A DNA stretch of 64,000 nt from Octopus sinensis (lineage: Eukaryota), in NCBI RefSeq assembly GCF_006345805.1, contig NC_043008.1:16058001-16122000 (forward strand), written 5' to 3'. This document shows, piece after piece, positions 25,764 to 38,700 of the stretch. Numbering within the stretch: the first letter of the stretch is position 1; every line of letters starts with the position of its first letter. A model generated the notes under the pieces. That model saw nothing but the letters and a program-made list of their open reading frames with translations, ran no database searches and was not told the origin of the DNA. The position numbers and the translations under genes were made by a program.

Positions 25764-26134
25764 CCTTTCTGATAGATTTTTTTCTCTTATCTGTATATAT
25801 ACTATACATATACTATATATATATATATAGTAAAGACGTATTTTCCCATTATTTGAAATATAGGAAAGATATACAATGACCAATATTTATACCTTGTCTT
25901 GTGTAAAAACCGGTTTGATCAGAATATATCTACGGATTCATATTATATAATCTTGACGAACTATAACCACGGATCCTGCTATAAGAATGCTTGGAGTTCT
26001 CTACTGAAAAATGTTGTTAGCCTGCTTTGCCAACAGAGTGCTTATAGAGGGGTTTGCAGATGATAAACGCTCACAATACTTTGTTATAAACTATATATGC
26101 ATATATATATGTATATATATATATATATATAATA

Positions 26135-26195
<61 letters not shown>

Positions 26196-26418
26196 TGTGT
26201 GTGTGTGCGTACATTCATAAATTTCAATCCAATGTTCTTGCTCTTGTTATTAATATATTCACACACTCTAGCGATCATGACCAATAATCAGCGCATAAAA
26301 TGAATTGCTTTGGAAGAGTGGAATAATAAGCGGTAGCCGGAATAAAAGCAAAGGAGAATTTTTATGAGCGTACTTGAATACATTTCGGCTAAAAAACTCA
26401 ATGGTTTCAGAGACACAG

Positions 26419-26428
<10 letters not shown>

Positions 26429-26479
<51 letters not shown>

Positions 26480-26490
26480 CACACACACAC
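26429..26490. repeat. (CA)n microsatellite
   Basis: Directly visible. Confidence 0.95.
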
Positions 26491-26639
26491 ATATACACAC
26501 AGAGAGACATAGTTATATACGTATACATAAACATATGTATATTGATTAATGCATGTTGCTGATCTTAATGAACCCCGATTAGAGCATTGGAGAGCGGTCA
26601 AATATATATTCATATATATGTGTAAGTGTTTGTGTGTGT

Positions 26640-27429
26640 GTTTGTTTGTGTGTGTGGGAATGTGTGTGTTTGTTTGTGTTTATATGTTCGTACTCATAAA
26701 TGCACGTGTCTGCGACAAGTATGAGTTTATATAAGCATGTGTTAACATAAGTGTTCCAAATTAATTGCCTTGGGTTCGTAGTAATTCTTCTTTCGGCGTC
26801 AGAACAATTACCCTCTGAACACTATGCTCATAACCCTAATTTAACGCTCTCACCACTCTCCCCTCACTTTGCCATTTCTTTCTCTGTATTCCACTTATCT
26901 GTTAATTGTTTTATGACCCGTAAACCTAGGAAATCTGACTAAAGCGCGGTATGTCCTCACTGTTTTCACTGGTATTGAAATGAGAAGGCCATTCCACATA
27001 CCACATGTTGGTATTTTTCCCCGACAGAAATATAACTATTTTATTTCACCAAAAGGAAACGTTCTTTATTTTTGGGATTTTATTTCGTGAATAAAAGATG
27101 CGTCTGAAACAGATGTAGAGACACATTAATACATTTGTTTACACATGTTATGTACATCCCATTCTTGAAAGCTTTCCTTTGTTGGATCTGTAATTGACAT
27201 TGGATCATGAAAGTGCCGACCGGTGTGCATGTGTATATAATTTCATGTAGATGTGGTGGCTGTGTGGGGCCTTGCTTCCCAACCACATGATTCCGAGTCT
27301 TGCTACGTGGCACCTTGGGCAAGCGTTTTCTACAATAGCCTCGGGCCGACCAAAGCCTTGTGAGTGGATTTGGTAGAGAGAAACAAAAAAACTGTCGTAT
27401 ATATATATATATCTATGTATGTATATATA

Positions 27430-27463
<34 letters not shown>

Positions 27464-28241
27464 TTGTGTGTGTGGGAATGTGTGTGTTTGTTTGTGTTTA
27501 TATGTTCGTACTCATAAATGCACGGGTCTGCGACAAGTATGAGTTTATATAAGCATGTGTTAACATAAGTGTTCCAAATTAATTGCCTTGGGTTCGTAGT
27601 AATTCTTCTTTCGGCGTCAGAACAATTACCCTCTGAACACTATGCTCATAACCCTAATTTAACTGCTCTCACCACTCTCCCCTCACTTTGCCATTTCTTT
27701 CTCTCTGTATTCCACTTATCTGTTAATTGTTTTATGACCCGTAAACCTAGGAAATCTGACTAAAGCGCGGTATGTCCTCACTGTTTTCACTGGTATTGAA
27801 ATGAGAAGGCCATTCCACATACCACATGTTGGTATTTTTCCCCGACAGAAATATAACTATTTTATTTCACCAAAAGGAAACGTTCTTTATTTTTGGGATT
27901 TTATTTCGTGAATAAAAGATGCGTCTGAAACAGATGTAGAGACACATTAATACATTTGTTTACACATGTTATGTACATCCCATTCTTGAAAGCTTTCCTT
28001 TGTTGGATCTGTAATTGACATTGGATCATGAAAGTGCCGACCGGTGTGCATGTGTATATAATTTCATGTAGATGTGGTGGCTGTGTGGGGCCTTGCTTAC
28101 CAACCACATGGTTCCGGGTTCAGTCCCACTACGTGGCACCTTGGGCAAGCGTCTTCTACAATAGCCTCGGGCCGACCAAAGCCTTGTGAGTGGATTTGGT
28201 AGAGAGAAACAAAACAACTGTCGTATATATATATATCTATG

Positions 28242-28275
<34 letters not shown>
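26640..28275. repeat. 818-bp tandem duplication
   Basis: GGGAATGTGTGTG anchors at 26656 and 27474 (period 818). The copies are near-identical through to the SINE-internal (TA)n. Confidence 0.93.
27248..27400 (+). mobile_element. family-C SINE 5' half (duplicated copy)
   Basis: GTGGCTGTGTGG...CCAACCACATG...GGCACCTTGGGCAAG...CCTCGGGCCGACCAAAGCCTTGTGAGTGGATTTGGTAGA, ending in (TA)n. Confidence 0.88.
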
Positions 28276-28305
<30 letters not shown>

Positions 28306-28520
28306 CATGTGTGTGTGTTTGTATTTCTGTGTCCGTGTTTGTTCTCCAACCATCGACGGGAAAACCGATGCTGGTGGGTTTATGTCCCCACAACTTAGCG
28401 GTTTGGCAAAGGAGAATATGTACTTGGTTTACAAAGAATAAGTGCTGGTGCGGATTTGTTCGACTAAAGGGGTGGGGCTCAAACATCGCCGCAGTCAAAT
28501 TAACTGAAACAAACAAAAGA
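28066..28520 (+). mobile_element. family-C SINE, full length
   Basis: Head, central GGCCGACCAAAGCC block, internal (TA)n(TG)n, tail ACTGAAACAAACAAAAG. Confidence 0.9.
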
Positions 28521-28544
28521 ATATATATGCACATGGTTTTAAGG

Positions 28545-29282
28545 TTCTATCTCACTTCCACTTTTATCAGCAGTGCTTAGAAGAAGGTGTGTAGCATGTA
28601 CTAGTCGCATTGACCATGATAGAGAAAGTTGCCATGGGGATACTTAATCAGAGGCATACACAATGTTGCAGAAAGTGTATGGAGAAGAGTGTATGACCGC
28701 ATACAAATCTACGGGCGGTTCAGTCATGAGCGAAAAATATATCGATATTGACGAACCAGCAGAACTGAGAAAATCAACGCAAATGTACGTGCATCTGTAA
28801 AGGGAAATCGTCGAATCACTCTCCGTGAGTTATCAGAGGATGTGCAGATTAGTTACGGTTCAGTTCAGTCCATTATCACTGAAGATTTGTATATGAGACG
28901 CGTGTCTGCAAAGTTTGTGTCCAAACTTTTTTCAGCTGACAAAAAACACACTCAGGTTTCTGTTGCACAAGATCTCCTTTAGAACGACGAAACCCTTTTG
29001 CAAATTGCTATGTAGGCCTTTGAGAAGTTATCGCCAAGCTTTTGGCAAAATTTGATGCAAATTCTCTGCTCAACTTTCTCTGCCATTGTCAATGATATGA
29101 TCACACGCAACGCATCTTCCTTCCAAGCACTACTGTAAGCAGCAGAAGCAAGCTAGAACGTTAAAACTAAATACGCATACACAACATAGTTCAAGGTCAA
29201 TATGTGCCAAGCGACTTCACTTTCTCTGATTTAGCTTCTTTACTATAGCAATAGTCCGGATACTTATTGATCAGACCACGTA
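28545..29282 (+). mobile_element. non-autonomous mariner deletion derivative, 5' TIR missing
   Basis: Aligns with 33025-33902. Reads RRITLRELSEDVQISYGSVQSIITEDLYMRRVSAKFV (mariner HTH/linker). 3' TIR AGTCCGGATACTTATTGATCAGACCACG followed by TA at 29281-29282. Confidence 0.88.
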
Positions 29283-29872
29283 TGTGTAAAATTATAGGTA
29301 TGAACAACATATGTGTAAATATACAAATATCTAATGTCTGTATGGTAGTACACATACATATATGTATATGTGTGTGTATGTGTACGTCTGTGACTGCGTG
29401 TGTATATTTGTGTATGCGTGTGCGCGTGTGTATGTGTATAGGATGGAACAGCGTACACAATTCCTTTTCTTGCCTCAGTTTACAATTGTTTCATCTGATT
29501 TCAATAACATGAACATTGCTAGATTATGCAATAGTATATGGAAATATTGATTCATGGCGCATTACTTGTTGAAATTGAATTGTTGTGAGTAGCACTTCTG
29601 ACGTTCTTCTTGCTTATACTTGTAAATGCCTTGCAGATATTTGTTGCTGTTCAGGCAATTCTTTGATGGGGACAGTAATGTGCGAATTACTGACCATTTG
29701 ATAGGCTGACCACCCGGATGGGATTAATAAAGTGAACTCATACATACATTCATACATACATACATACATACATACATATAAACATGTATTTATACGTTGC
29801 ATCATGTCGAACGAATATATATGTATATTATATTACACATAAAAAGACACACACACACATCTACACACGAAC

Positions 29873-29968
29873 ATGTGGTAAGTAGCTTGCTTACCAACCA
29901 CATGGTTCCGGGTTCATTCTCACTGCATGACACCTTGGGCAAGCGAAAACTGAAAGAGACTCGCCGTA

Positions 29969-30054
<86 letters not shown>

Positions 30055-30303
30055 TATATATATATATGTGTGTGTGTGTATGTGTGTGTGTGTATATGCA
30101 TATATTTGAGTGTCTGTGTTTGTCCCCCTAATATCACTTGATAACCGATGGTACTGCGTTTACGTCCCCATAACTTAGCGGTTCGGCTTGGAAACCGATA
30201 GAATAAGTACTAGGCTTACAAGGAATAAGTTCTGGGGTCGACTTGCTCGACTACAGGTGGTGCTCCAGCATGGCCACCGTCAAATAACTGAAACAAGTAA
30301 AAG
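29873..30303 (+). mobile_element. family-C SINE with 5' internal deletion
   Basis: GTGGTAAGTAGCTTGCTTACCAACCACATGGTTCCGGGTTCA head, microsatellite core, GGTGCTCCAGCATGGCC...ACTGAAACAAGTAAAAG tail. Confidence 0.9.
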
Positions 30304-30899
30304 TTTATACATATATATATCCAAAAATCTATACAGGCGTACACACGTATTTACAACCATATATGCATGTGTGTATGCATACATAAATATTAGTTTAGTC
30401 TATATAGTAGAATTTCATTAAATTTTTCAATAAACTGTTGTAGTAGATAGATGCTTATAGAGTCTAATCACAATACATATATTAGTCTCGATATCATAAC
30501 TTTTACTACGCATTTTGTTTGAATAACTGAGCTTTATACTGACTATGCTAATCAGCGACTTTACAAAGTGTCCCAGTATGTAATTATGCTCTAAATTTCA
30601 TAACATATTCTCTAACACACACCTCTTCATATATATAGACTAAATGTTATTTCCCCAGCCATCATTCCGGTTTTAAATAAACTAGTGAACCATGAAATAT
30701 TCACAGAAAATAGAGACACAAAATTTAATTTTCTTCAGTCGCTAAAAGAAATTTAGATTAAAAAAATAGCTATTTAAAATATTTTTAATACTATTTTTAC
30801 TTTTTAGATTTGTTTATTCATTTTTCTATTAGAGATTGATTATGAAGTTCAATATGTTTCTCTTTAATATGAGTACATAAATACATATATACATAAATA

Positions 30900-31018
30900 T
30901 ACATATATACATATATTTACCCACACCTACACATATATATGTACATATATACAAACGTATATGCGCGTTTATATATATACATATATATATATATACATAC
31001 ACATATATATATATACAT

Positions 31019-31084
<66 letters not shown>

Positions 31085-31088
31085 ATGC

Positions 31089-31120
<32 letters not shown>

Positions 31121-31270
31121 TTATATACATATGTACATAATGTATATATATACATACATACGCACACTGACACACACGGACATTCACGCACATATACATA
31201 TATACATATTTGTGTGTGTCTGTTTATGTATCTACGTGCGAATGTATATATATATACACATATGTATACA
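30900..31270. repeat. compound (TA)n/(CATA)n/(TG)n block
   Basis: Directly visible. Confidence 0.93.
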
Positions 31271-31698
31271 TCATCTAAATTTTACTTGCAAGTAGCGCTT
31301 GTTTTTATGTCACCTCAAACTCTGTACGGAAAATTTGAATTTGAAATATATTGGAATATTCCACACGCTTGATATCTTTATTATATTCTTTTTTTTTTTC
31401 ATTTTATATTAGAAAAATATAATATTCTTTTATTCTGGAAACATAGCAAACACGTGTATATTTTATGAAAATTCTGGAAAACATTGCAGAGTAAATATTT
31501 GCTCCAGGAGTAAAAATTGTTAGCATTAATTGCGTACATCATTTTATCAGTAATATCGGTAAATATTGTTTTTTAAAAAAAATACGGGACATTGCGTAAG
31601 AGGTTATGAGATAGATGACTGGTTCATATATCGCAAGAAATCGTAGAATATTTTATGTATAACCCAATATTGTAGTTTACCACTGCGTTACGGGTTCG

Positions 31699-32134
31699 GA
31701 ATCCTTTCGGTTTGAACGGCAGTTTTTAAAATAATTTCCACGTAACTAAACACTTTTAAACTTCGTATACTGGTAGAATGTGCTTATAAAACATTTTTTC
31801 TCTTGGCTTTATTGAGAAAATTCTATAGTTTGTAAGATATTTGTTGTTGTTTTTCTTCAATTTTTGCAATTTCAACCAATCAATGACGACTATTAAGGTG
31901 AAAACATTCTGTGCCGTATGAGAATGTCCCTCGTTTAAGAAACAGTTTGGGTTTGTTTACATTTCTGAAGAAAAAATATACCCTTCCCCCTCACCCCTCA
32001 CCCTAACTAACCCTAACTAACCCTAACTCTAAAACAGATTGAAATGCAATAGATCGATACTAGGGTCATAATTATGGGTGACAATTTCATATGACACCGC
32101 TAGAAAAAAACTGCCGTTTGAACCGAAAAGATCC
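31699..32134. mobile_element. MITE with ~29-bp TIRs and a degenerate 8-bp TSD (Merlin- or hAT-like by TSD length)
   Basis: Left GAATCCTTTCGGTTTGAACGGCAGTTTTT; right reverse complement GGATCTTTTCGGTTCAAACGGCAGTTTTT. Flanks CGGGTTCG (31691-31698) and TGGGATCG (32135-32142), 6/8 identical. Internal CCCTAACTAA repeats. Confidence 0.85.
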
Positions 32135-32619
32135 TGGGATCGAATTACGTATACAGAACATTAAAAGAGTAGCCAGCAATTCGTTCAAAGACAAGTCTGA
32201 ATTAAAAAGATTTTTATTAGATTATAGGAAATCGTTCTTCTTCGAGCTTAACTTTTTATTCTTTACATATATTGGAAACTACTAACGTTTGAATACTCCG
32301 TAATTGTATTTTAAGATAATTATTTCCACTCGTTTATACATAAATAGATTCTTTCGTTCATTGCTGCAGCCCGTTCATCCATTATGAGATACATGAATAT
32401 ATTTTAAATAATTGCTTGTGTTGGTATTCCGTTAAGGTTATTGTTTTAGTAATGGTGTCAAAAAATTGTCTAGATCTGAGACAAAGAGGCAACTATAAAC
32501 TTTCGAAATTTATTTAAATCTACAACTCTTTAGAATTGTCTTTCATTGATCAATACGACTTAGTCGCTTTAATAACGTATTAGACAATATTACGATTCCT
32601 GGGAGCGTTATAACCGTTG

Positions 32620-32935
32620 AAGCAGAGTGCCCTGTAGACGTTTGCATACCAGTCAAATGGTCTTGGGTTGGGTTCCACTATTTGCAATACTGGGCAAAGG
32701 GCGTATAAAATATGTTTGTAGATTTATTTATGTGTGTATTTGTCGTCCAGTGGGAATTAACAACCGGATGTGGTGGTTAATTTCCATCCCCATAACACGT
32801 GATATTACAAACGATAGAGCTAGTACCAGACTTGGAAAACATAAGTATTGTGGTCGCTTTTTATCGAATAACCTTTCAAAGGGATCCGCCAAAATTTGCG
32901 TGGTCCAAAGATACAATCAAGTGAAGTTCAAAAGG
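32620..32935 (+). mobile_element. degenerate family-C SINE
   Basis: Residual CATACCAGTCAAATGGTCTTGGGTTGGGTTCCACT...CTGGGCAAAG...CAACCGGATG...TCCCCATAAC...CAAGTGAA motifs. Confidence 0.6.
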
Positions 32936-32938
32936 TGA

Positions 32939-32942
<4 letters not shown>

Positions 32943-33010
<68 letters not shown>
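32943..33010. repeat. perfect (TA)n
   Basis: Directly visible. Confidence 0.97.
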
Positions 33011-33012
<2 letters not shown>

Positions 33013-33024
33013 TAAGATAGTTGG

Positions 33025-33902
33025 TTTGAGGTCTCATCAGTAAGTATTCGGAGTGTTACCATAGTAACGAAGCTGAAGCATGCAGAGTAAAGGCGCTGGG
33101 CAAAGAGTGACATTGATCTCTGATTTAACGCCCGAGCTCATTTCTGCTGTTATCACCAGTGCTTGGAAATAAGGTGTGTAGCGTTTGATCGTCGCAATGA
33201 CCATGATAGATAAAGTTGTCAGGGTGATACCTGCTCAGAGTTCTACGCAAATTTCAGAAAGTGTATGTAGAGGAGTTTATGAGCCACACACAAGTGTACG
33301 AGTGGTTCAGATGTTTCTAAGATGGGCGAAAAAATGTCGATAGTGACGAACACTTTACGAGAACAGCAACCAGCAGAACTGAGAAAAATCCTAGATGTGC
33401 GTGTAATTCTGATGAAAAATCATCGAATCAACACCCGTGAGTTATCAGAGGATGTACAGGTTAGTTACGGTTCAGTTCATACCATTATCGATGAAGATTT
33501 GGTTATGAGACGCGTGTCAGCCAATTTTGCGCCAAAACTGTTTTCAGCTAACGAAAAAGACACTCGGGTTTCAGTTGCACAAGTTCTCCTTGATTGTGCC
33601 GAGAACGGTGAACACTTTTTTGAAAACATTGCGTTGGCATTTGAGCGGGTATTGCCAAACTTTTGGCAAAATTTGATGCAGATTCTCGGCTAAAATTTCT
33701 GTTATGGTTAGTGTGACGATCACACGCTACACACCTTCCTTCTAAGCACTGATGTAAATAGTTGAAGTAAGCTAGAATGTTAAGTCTTATTGAACATGCA
33801 CACCAGAGGTCAAGGTCTAATCTGTTGCAAACTGCTTTACTCTGAATGATTTAGCTTCGATACTATGGCAACAATCCGGATACTTATTGATCAGACCTGT
33901 AT
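33025..33902 (+). mobile_element. non-autonomous mariner with both ends; catalytic DD34D domain deleted
   Basis: 5' GAGGTCTCATCAGTAAGTATTCGGAGTGTTACCATAGTA and 3' TACTATGGCAACAATCCGGATACTTATTGATCAGACCT are inverted, with ~100 bp of subterminal similarity. ORF 33322-33693 contains RINTRELSEDVQVSYGSVHTIIDEDLVMRRVSANFAPKL (HTH plus the linker that is WVP-type in mariners) and lacks the catalytic domain. Confidence 0.9.
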
Positions 33903-34003
33903 ACACGCACATACATATAGTCAATTCAAATATACGAATTTAATTAACGGACAACAACAGGATGTGTACAGGGAGTGCATTCGCTTGTCACTCGGTGAAA
34001 GAA

Positions 34004-34036
34004 GACTTTGATGTTTCGAGCATAGCTCCTCGTCGG
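34004..34036 (-). other. degenerate minimal hammerhead-like core
   Basis: Minus strand CCGACGA-G-GAGC-TAT-GCTC-GAAAC-ATCAAA-GTC. U4 is replaced by C and stem I does not form. Confidence 0.45.
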
Positions 34037-35235
34037 AAAGTGGAAATGGAACGTCCAGAGAATGTAAAGAAATCGTGAACAGCACGGGAGCAGTTACATA
34101 TGCATGTTTGTGTGTGTGTGTCAGTGTGTGTGTGTGTGTGTGTCAGTGTGTGTGTGTGTGTGTGTGTGTGCGTGTGTGTGTGCGTGTAAGTGTGTGTGTG
34201 CCACTTCAAATTTTATACACATAGATTGCTACCGAAGATTTTCCCATTCGGCGTTGGGAGAGCGGAAGTACATCAGAATGATTGCATTTCGTTTCAACTG
34301 AAAAACATTGCTAATTGAATATATTTATCTATTACAAATAATATGTAAGAAAAAGGAGCTAGTATTTTATCAAGCGATATGATTGATATAGAAAACGATT
34401 ATTCATATAATGCTGCACGTTCTGTTAGAAAATGGCAAATTTCATTATGTTGTCACCCATAAAAATCAGGCGTTGATGCCAGTATTACAAACGCTTTGAA
34501 TATTTCGCTACCACATTATTGCCTATGTAGAAATTCAGTGCAGAAAGAATGACTTAAATTAAAACTTCTCAACATCTATGGCTCAGAGATGAGGAGCCTA
34601 TATATAATATATAAAATTACATTAGTGATAAATTTTATTTAAAGTTTATTATAATGCAATATTTTAAAAACTATTTTACTATTGAAGAATTTATTTCATA
34701 GATATCATAAATTAATTAATTGAAAAAAAATGCAGGGTTGGATGAATAATTTTTTTCTAAAAGGAAAATAAACTCTACATATAAAATATGGATTTTTTTC
34801 TATACAATGGAATCTCTGAAGATTCTTAAATAATTTATGGAACATCACATGCGTTAGGTTTTCTTTCTTTGTATTTACTTTTTATCTTCTGAAGCTCAAA
34901 GATGTGGATGTGATTTAGTGTCATGATGTTATATTACCTCTAAGGCATGTAACGATGCTTCAAAACGTGTAATGGGTTGCGTTACATTTAATCATTTCCT
35001 GACATTTTTTAAACTTTCCCCACGTGTTTCCTTGATGGGTGTTACACAGCAAAAGCGTTTTGCATTTCATTTTTATGGAACATTTTCCGGAAAATTCAGA
35101 TAATTAAGTAATATTTTTTTAACGTTACTGAAAATACATTTAGTTTCAAGAAAAATAATTAGTGTCGAAACAATTTCAGATGAAGTGAAGAAAGAGTAAT
35201 TCAATCTTTAGCGCGCATACACACATACATGCGTG

Positions 35236-35236
35236 G

Positions 35237-35268
<32 letters not shown>

Positions 35269-35375
35269 ACATACACACACACACATACACACATACACAC
35301 ACACACAAACACACACATACACACACACAAACACACATACACATACACGCACATACACACATATATACATATGTA
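35236..35375. repeat. (CA)n/(CATA)n microsatellite
   Basis: Directly visible. Confidence 0.95.
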
Positions 35376-36875
35376 TGTATGTGTGTATATAAACATGTAC
35401 ATATGTAAGTGTATGTATGCATATATTTATATAGACACACTAATATAAGTAGAAGAGCTGTTGTAGAACTTTTCTATATAAGTAGACTTACGTGTATATT
35501 TTTATTGCAATTCACTTATTTTTTCGAAAGTTCAGTGTCTGTAGTGTCTAAGTGAATGATATTTTGAGACTGACTGCATTGATAATTTTCATTCTATGAT
35601 TTACGACAATAATACTTTTATACATTTTAGTAAATTTTACGATAATAATATGTTAATGTATTTCAATACATTTTTAATACCCAAATGGTCGTAATGGAAG
35701 TCTTGATCATATATGTTACAATCATATTGACAGCTAAATTTATATTTTCGTTGCAAATATTCAGCACAGACACTGTGTCTTTAGCCAGCTGGAGGAGATA
35801 TCTTCTTGAGGCTATAAATTATAGTAGCATCGTCCCATAATGGGTCAGCCATATTTAGGTGGCAAACATACTTCACAATGTCGTGCTGCTACTATTTACA
35901 TCTCGCTCAGAGGTTTATTATTGTTTATCTATATCTATATATAATTGAAAAATAGGATAGAATCTTTATAAGAATTTATCAAATAGTTAGCGTGAAAAAC
36001 TTCATAAGGGAAAAGTTTATTAAATTAATCCTTTTGAATATATTTATTTATATGAAGGGCAATACTATGCATAAATGCCCTTAATATAGATAATATATAT
36101 ATATATATATACATATATATGTATATATATATATGTGTATGTGTGTGTGCGTGCGCGCGTCTATATTTATCTGTGTGTGTGTCTATATATGTGTGTGTAG
36201 TATTTATACACATAAATATATATGAAATTAACCATATATATATATGAATACATATATATAGCAATGAATATACATGTGTGTGTGTCCGCGCGCGTGACTG
36301 TGCGTGTGGGAATTTGTATATGTGGGCATGTGCTGTTGGGTACCAATTCCAAAAAAATTGAACGAATGTCTTAGTAGTTATCACATAGGAATTAAATACT
36401 CAAAATATGTTGACAAATCTGGATTTTCTCTGACGTGCCAGAACTATTTTATTCAGCTCAGGAGGCTAAACGACAGGCTACCGATGAAGTTAGCTGTGCG
36501 AAACGTAGAAACGGTGTTTTGACAAATACTACTAAAATCATAGCAAATAATAGGAATGCTTGATAAAAGTAATAGAAATGACAATGATAATACAAATTCT
36601 AATAATAATAATAATAATAATGTTGTAAATGACAACGATGACCATAAAGATAACAACAATAATAAGGATGCTCATAAACTTCTGGAAAATATTCCTAAAG
36701 GGTTAGGATAATTTGTGGTCTTATGCACACGGACGCACACACATATATACACAAGAGCGTGCGCATACAGATACACATTGTATCCAGCAAAAATTTGAAT
36801 ACAATCAACATCTTGTTGCATATACATGTGAATATGTATGTATGTGATATGTGTTCGTTGTATATGAACGTGTGT

Positions 36876-37292
36876 AAGGCGGCGAGCTGGCAGAAACGTT
36901 AGCGCACATGGCGAAATGCGGTGCCGTATTTTGTTTGCCGTTACGTTCTGAGTTCAAATTTCAAGGTTGACTTTGCTTTTCATCCTTTCGGGGTCGATAA
37001 ATCAAGTACCCGTTACGCACTGGGGTCGATGTAATCGACTTAATCCGTTTGTCTGTCCTTGCTTGTCCTCTCTGTGTTTGACCCCTTGCGGGTAGTAAAG
37101 GAATAGATATTTCGTCTGCCGTTACGTTCTGAGTTCAAATTCCGCCGAGGTCGACTTTGCCTTTCAGTCTTTGGGCGTCGATTAAATAAGTACCAGTTAC
37201 ACATTGGGGTCGATGTAATCGACTTAATCCGTTTGTCTGTCCTTGTTTATCCCCACTGCGCTTAGCCCCTTCTGGGCAGTGAACAAATAAGG
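36876..37292 (+). mobile_element. dimeric family-B SINE
   Basis: AAGGCGGCGAGCTGGCAGAAACGTTAGC head; two GTTACGTTCTGAGTTCAAATT...GGGGTCGATGTAATCGACTTAATCCG units. Confidence 0.92.
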
Positions 37293-38477
37293 AAATGTTT
37301 TGTTAATTACTGAAGAAAGTTTTTGTCTCTTTCAATTGCTTGAAATTTAGGTAACAGCAATCGATATTTCATGACACGCTCCCAAAAATAGATAGAATAC
37401 ATATATTGGTACCACACTCCAAAATTAAAAACAAAAAGCATAAGGGAATATGATTTTCATTGAAATGCTAAATAACTACGAACGAAGTCAACACACTAAC
37501 ATTTTCCATCGGATTTGTACACCAGGAGTGGAAATGCAACAAATAAGAAAAGTATGTGTTCGCACCTATATATTCCTCAAAAACACTTTCGAATATCTTA
37601 CAGAAAGAACGAAAGGGTGGTGGTATTTTATGTCTAGGACGAGTAAAAACGTGGAAATCTTATCTTATCAATTCTTAAGAAGGAATTGGAGACAGTCGGG
37701 ATCATACGGAATCCATAAGGAAAAGCAGGCGTCTGCAAGCATGGATAAAAGACCGACCAGAAAAATAGTTATATAAAATGGAGTATATCTCCAATGAAGA
37801 GAAGATAATTTCCACTGAAGACGTAACCTATATTTTCTACCGTTCTATCCTCTAGCCATCTTGTATTATTTCACTTTCTTTCTTCACGCTTCCTACTTCC
37901 TTACAGTATCCTTATCTTCGCCACCTCGTACTCCCCTTCCTCTTCTTTCTCTCAAAATGAAACTAATCTATTGTCCGCCACTCTTTCTTAAAAATAAATA
38001 TATAGGTTTGCTTGCAAAAGCGGATAGTCACTTACATCGAAACAAGAGTTAAAACATATGCCAAGAATTAAAGAAACAATATAACGTCTTATCTGATATT
38101 TTGTGTTTATATTTTACTGTGAAATTCTATCACTAGCCGAATGGAAATATTCTATATATGTACACAGGAGTGTGTGTGTGTGTGTTAATGTAAGTGTGTG
38201 TACATGTGCTTGTGCGGATAAGTAGATACTACTTTCTGTTATTGAAAATGCTTACTTACTATTGTGAATGGTAGGAAATTATAGGTTGTTTCATTACACA
38301 AAAATATGTATGCTATAATTCGGTAACACAGATGCAGCACACACGCACGCACGAACACACACGCCACACTCACATACACACATACACACACACACACTCA
38401 CGCACACTTTCTCTCTCTCTCCTTCTCATGTATATATGCTTATATAGACAGCTATAGATATAACATGCTGACATTCC

Positions 38478-38556
38478 TGCATATATATATATATATATAT
38501 ACATATACATACATATATACATGTATGTATATATGTATATATTTATATATATATAC

Positions 38557-38590
<34 letters not shown>

Positions 38591-38619
38591 CTGTATATAT
38601 ATATATATATATACATATA

Positions 38620-38700
<81 letters not shown>
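38478..38700. repeat. (TA)n microsatellite block
   Basis: Directly visible. Confidence 0.95.

Noticed and set aside
29650-29690. Plus-strand exon candidate after a strong TTGCAG acceptor (YLLLFRQFFDGD)
   Set aside because: Weak donor (GTAATG) and no phase-compatible partner identified. Expected by chance.
37450-37776. 108-aa ORF
   Set aside because: No domain recognised. An RKGGG in another frame hints at an old LINE endonuclease but is insufficient.
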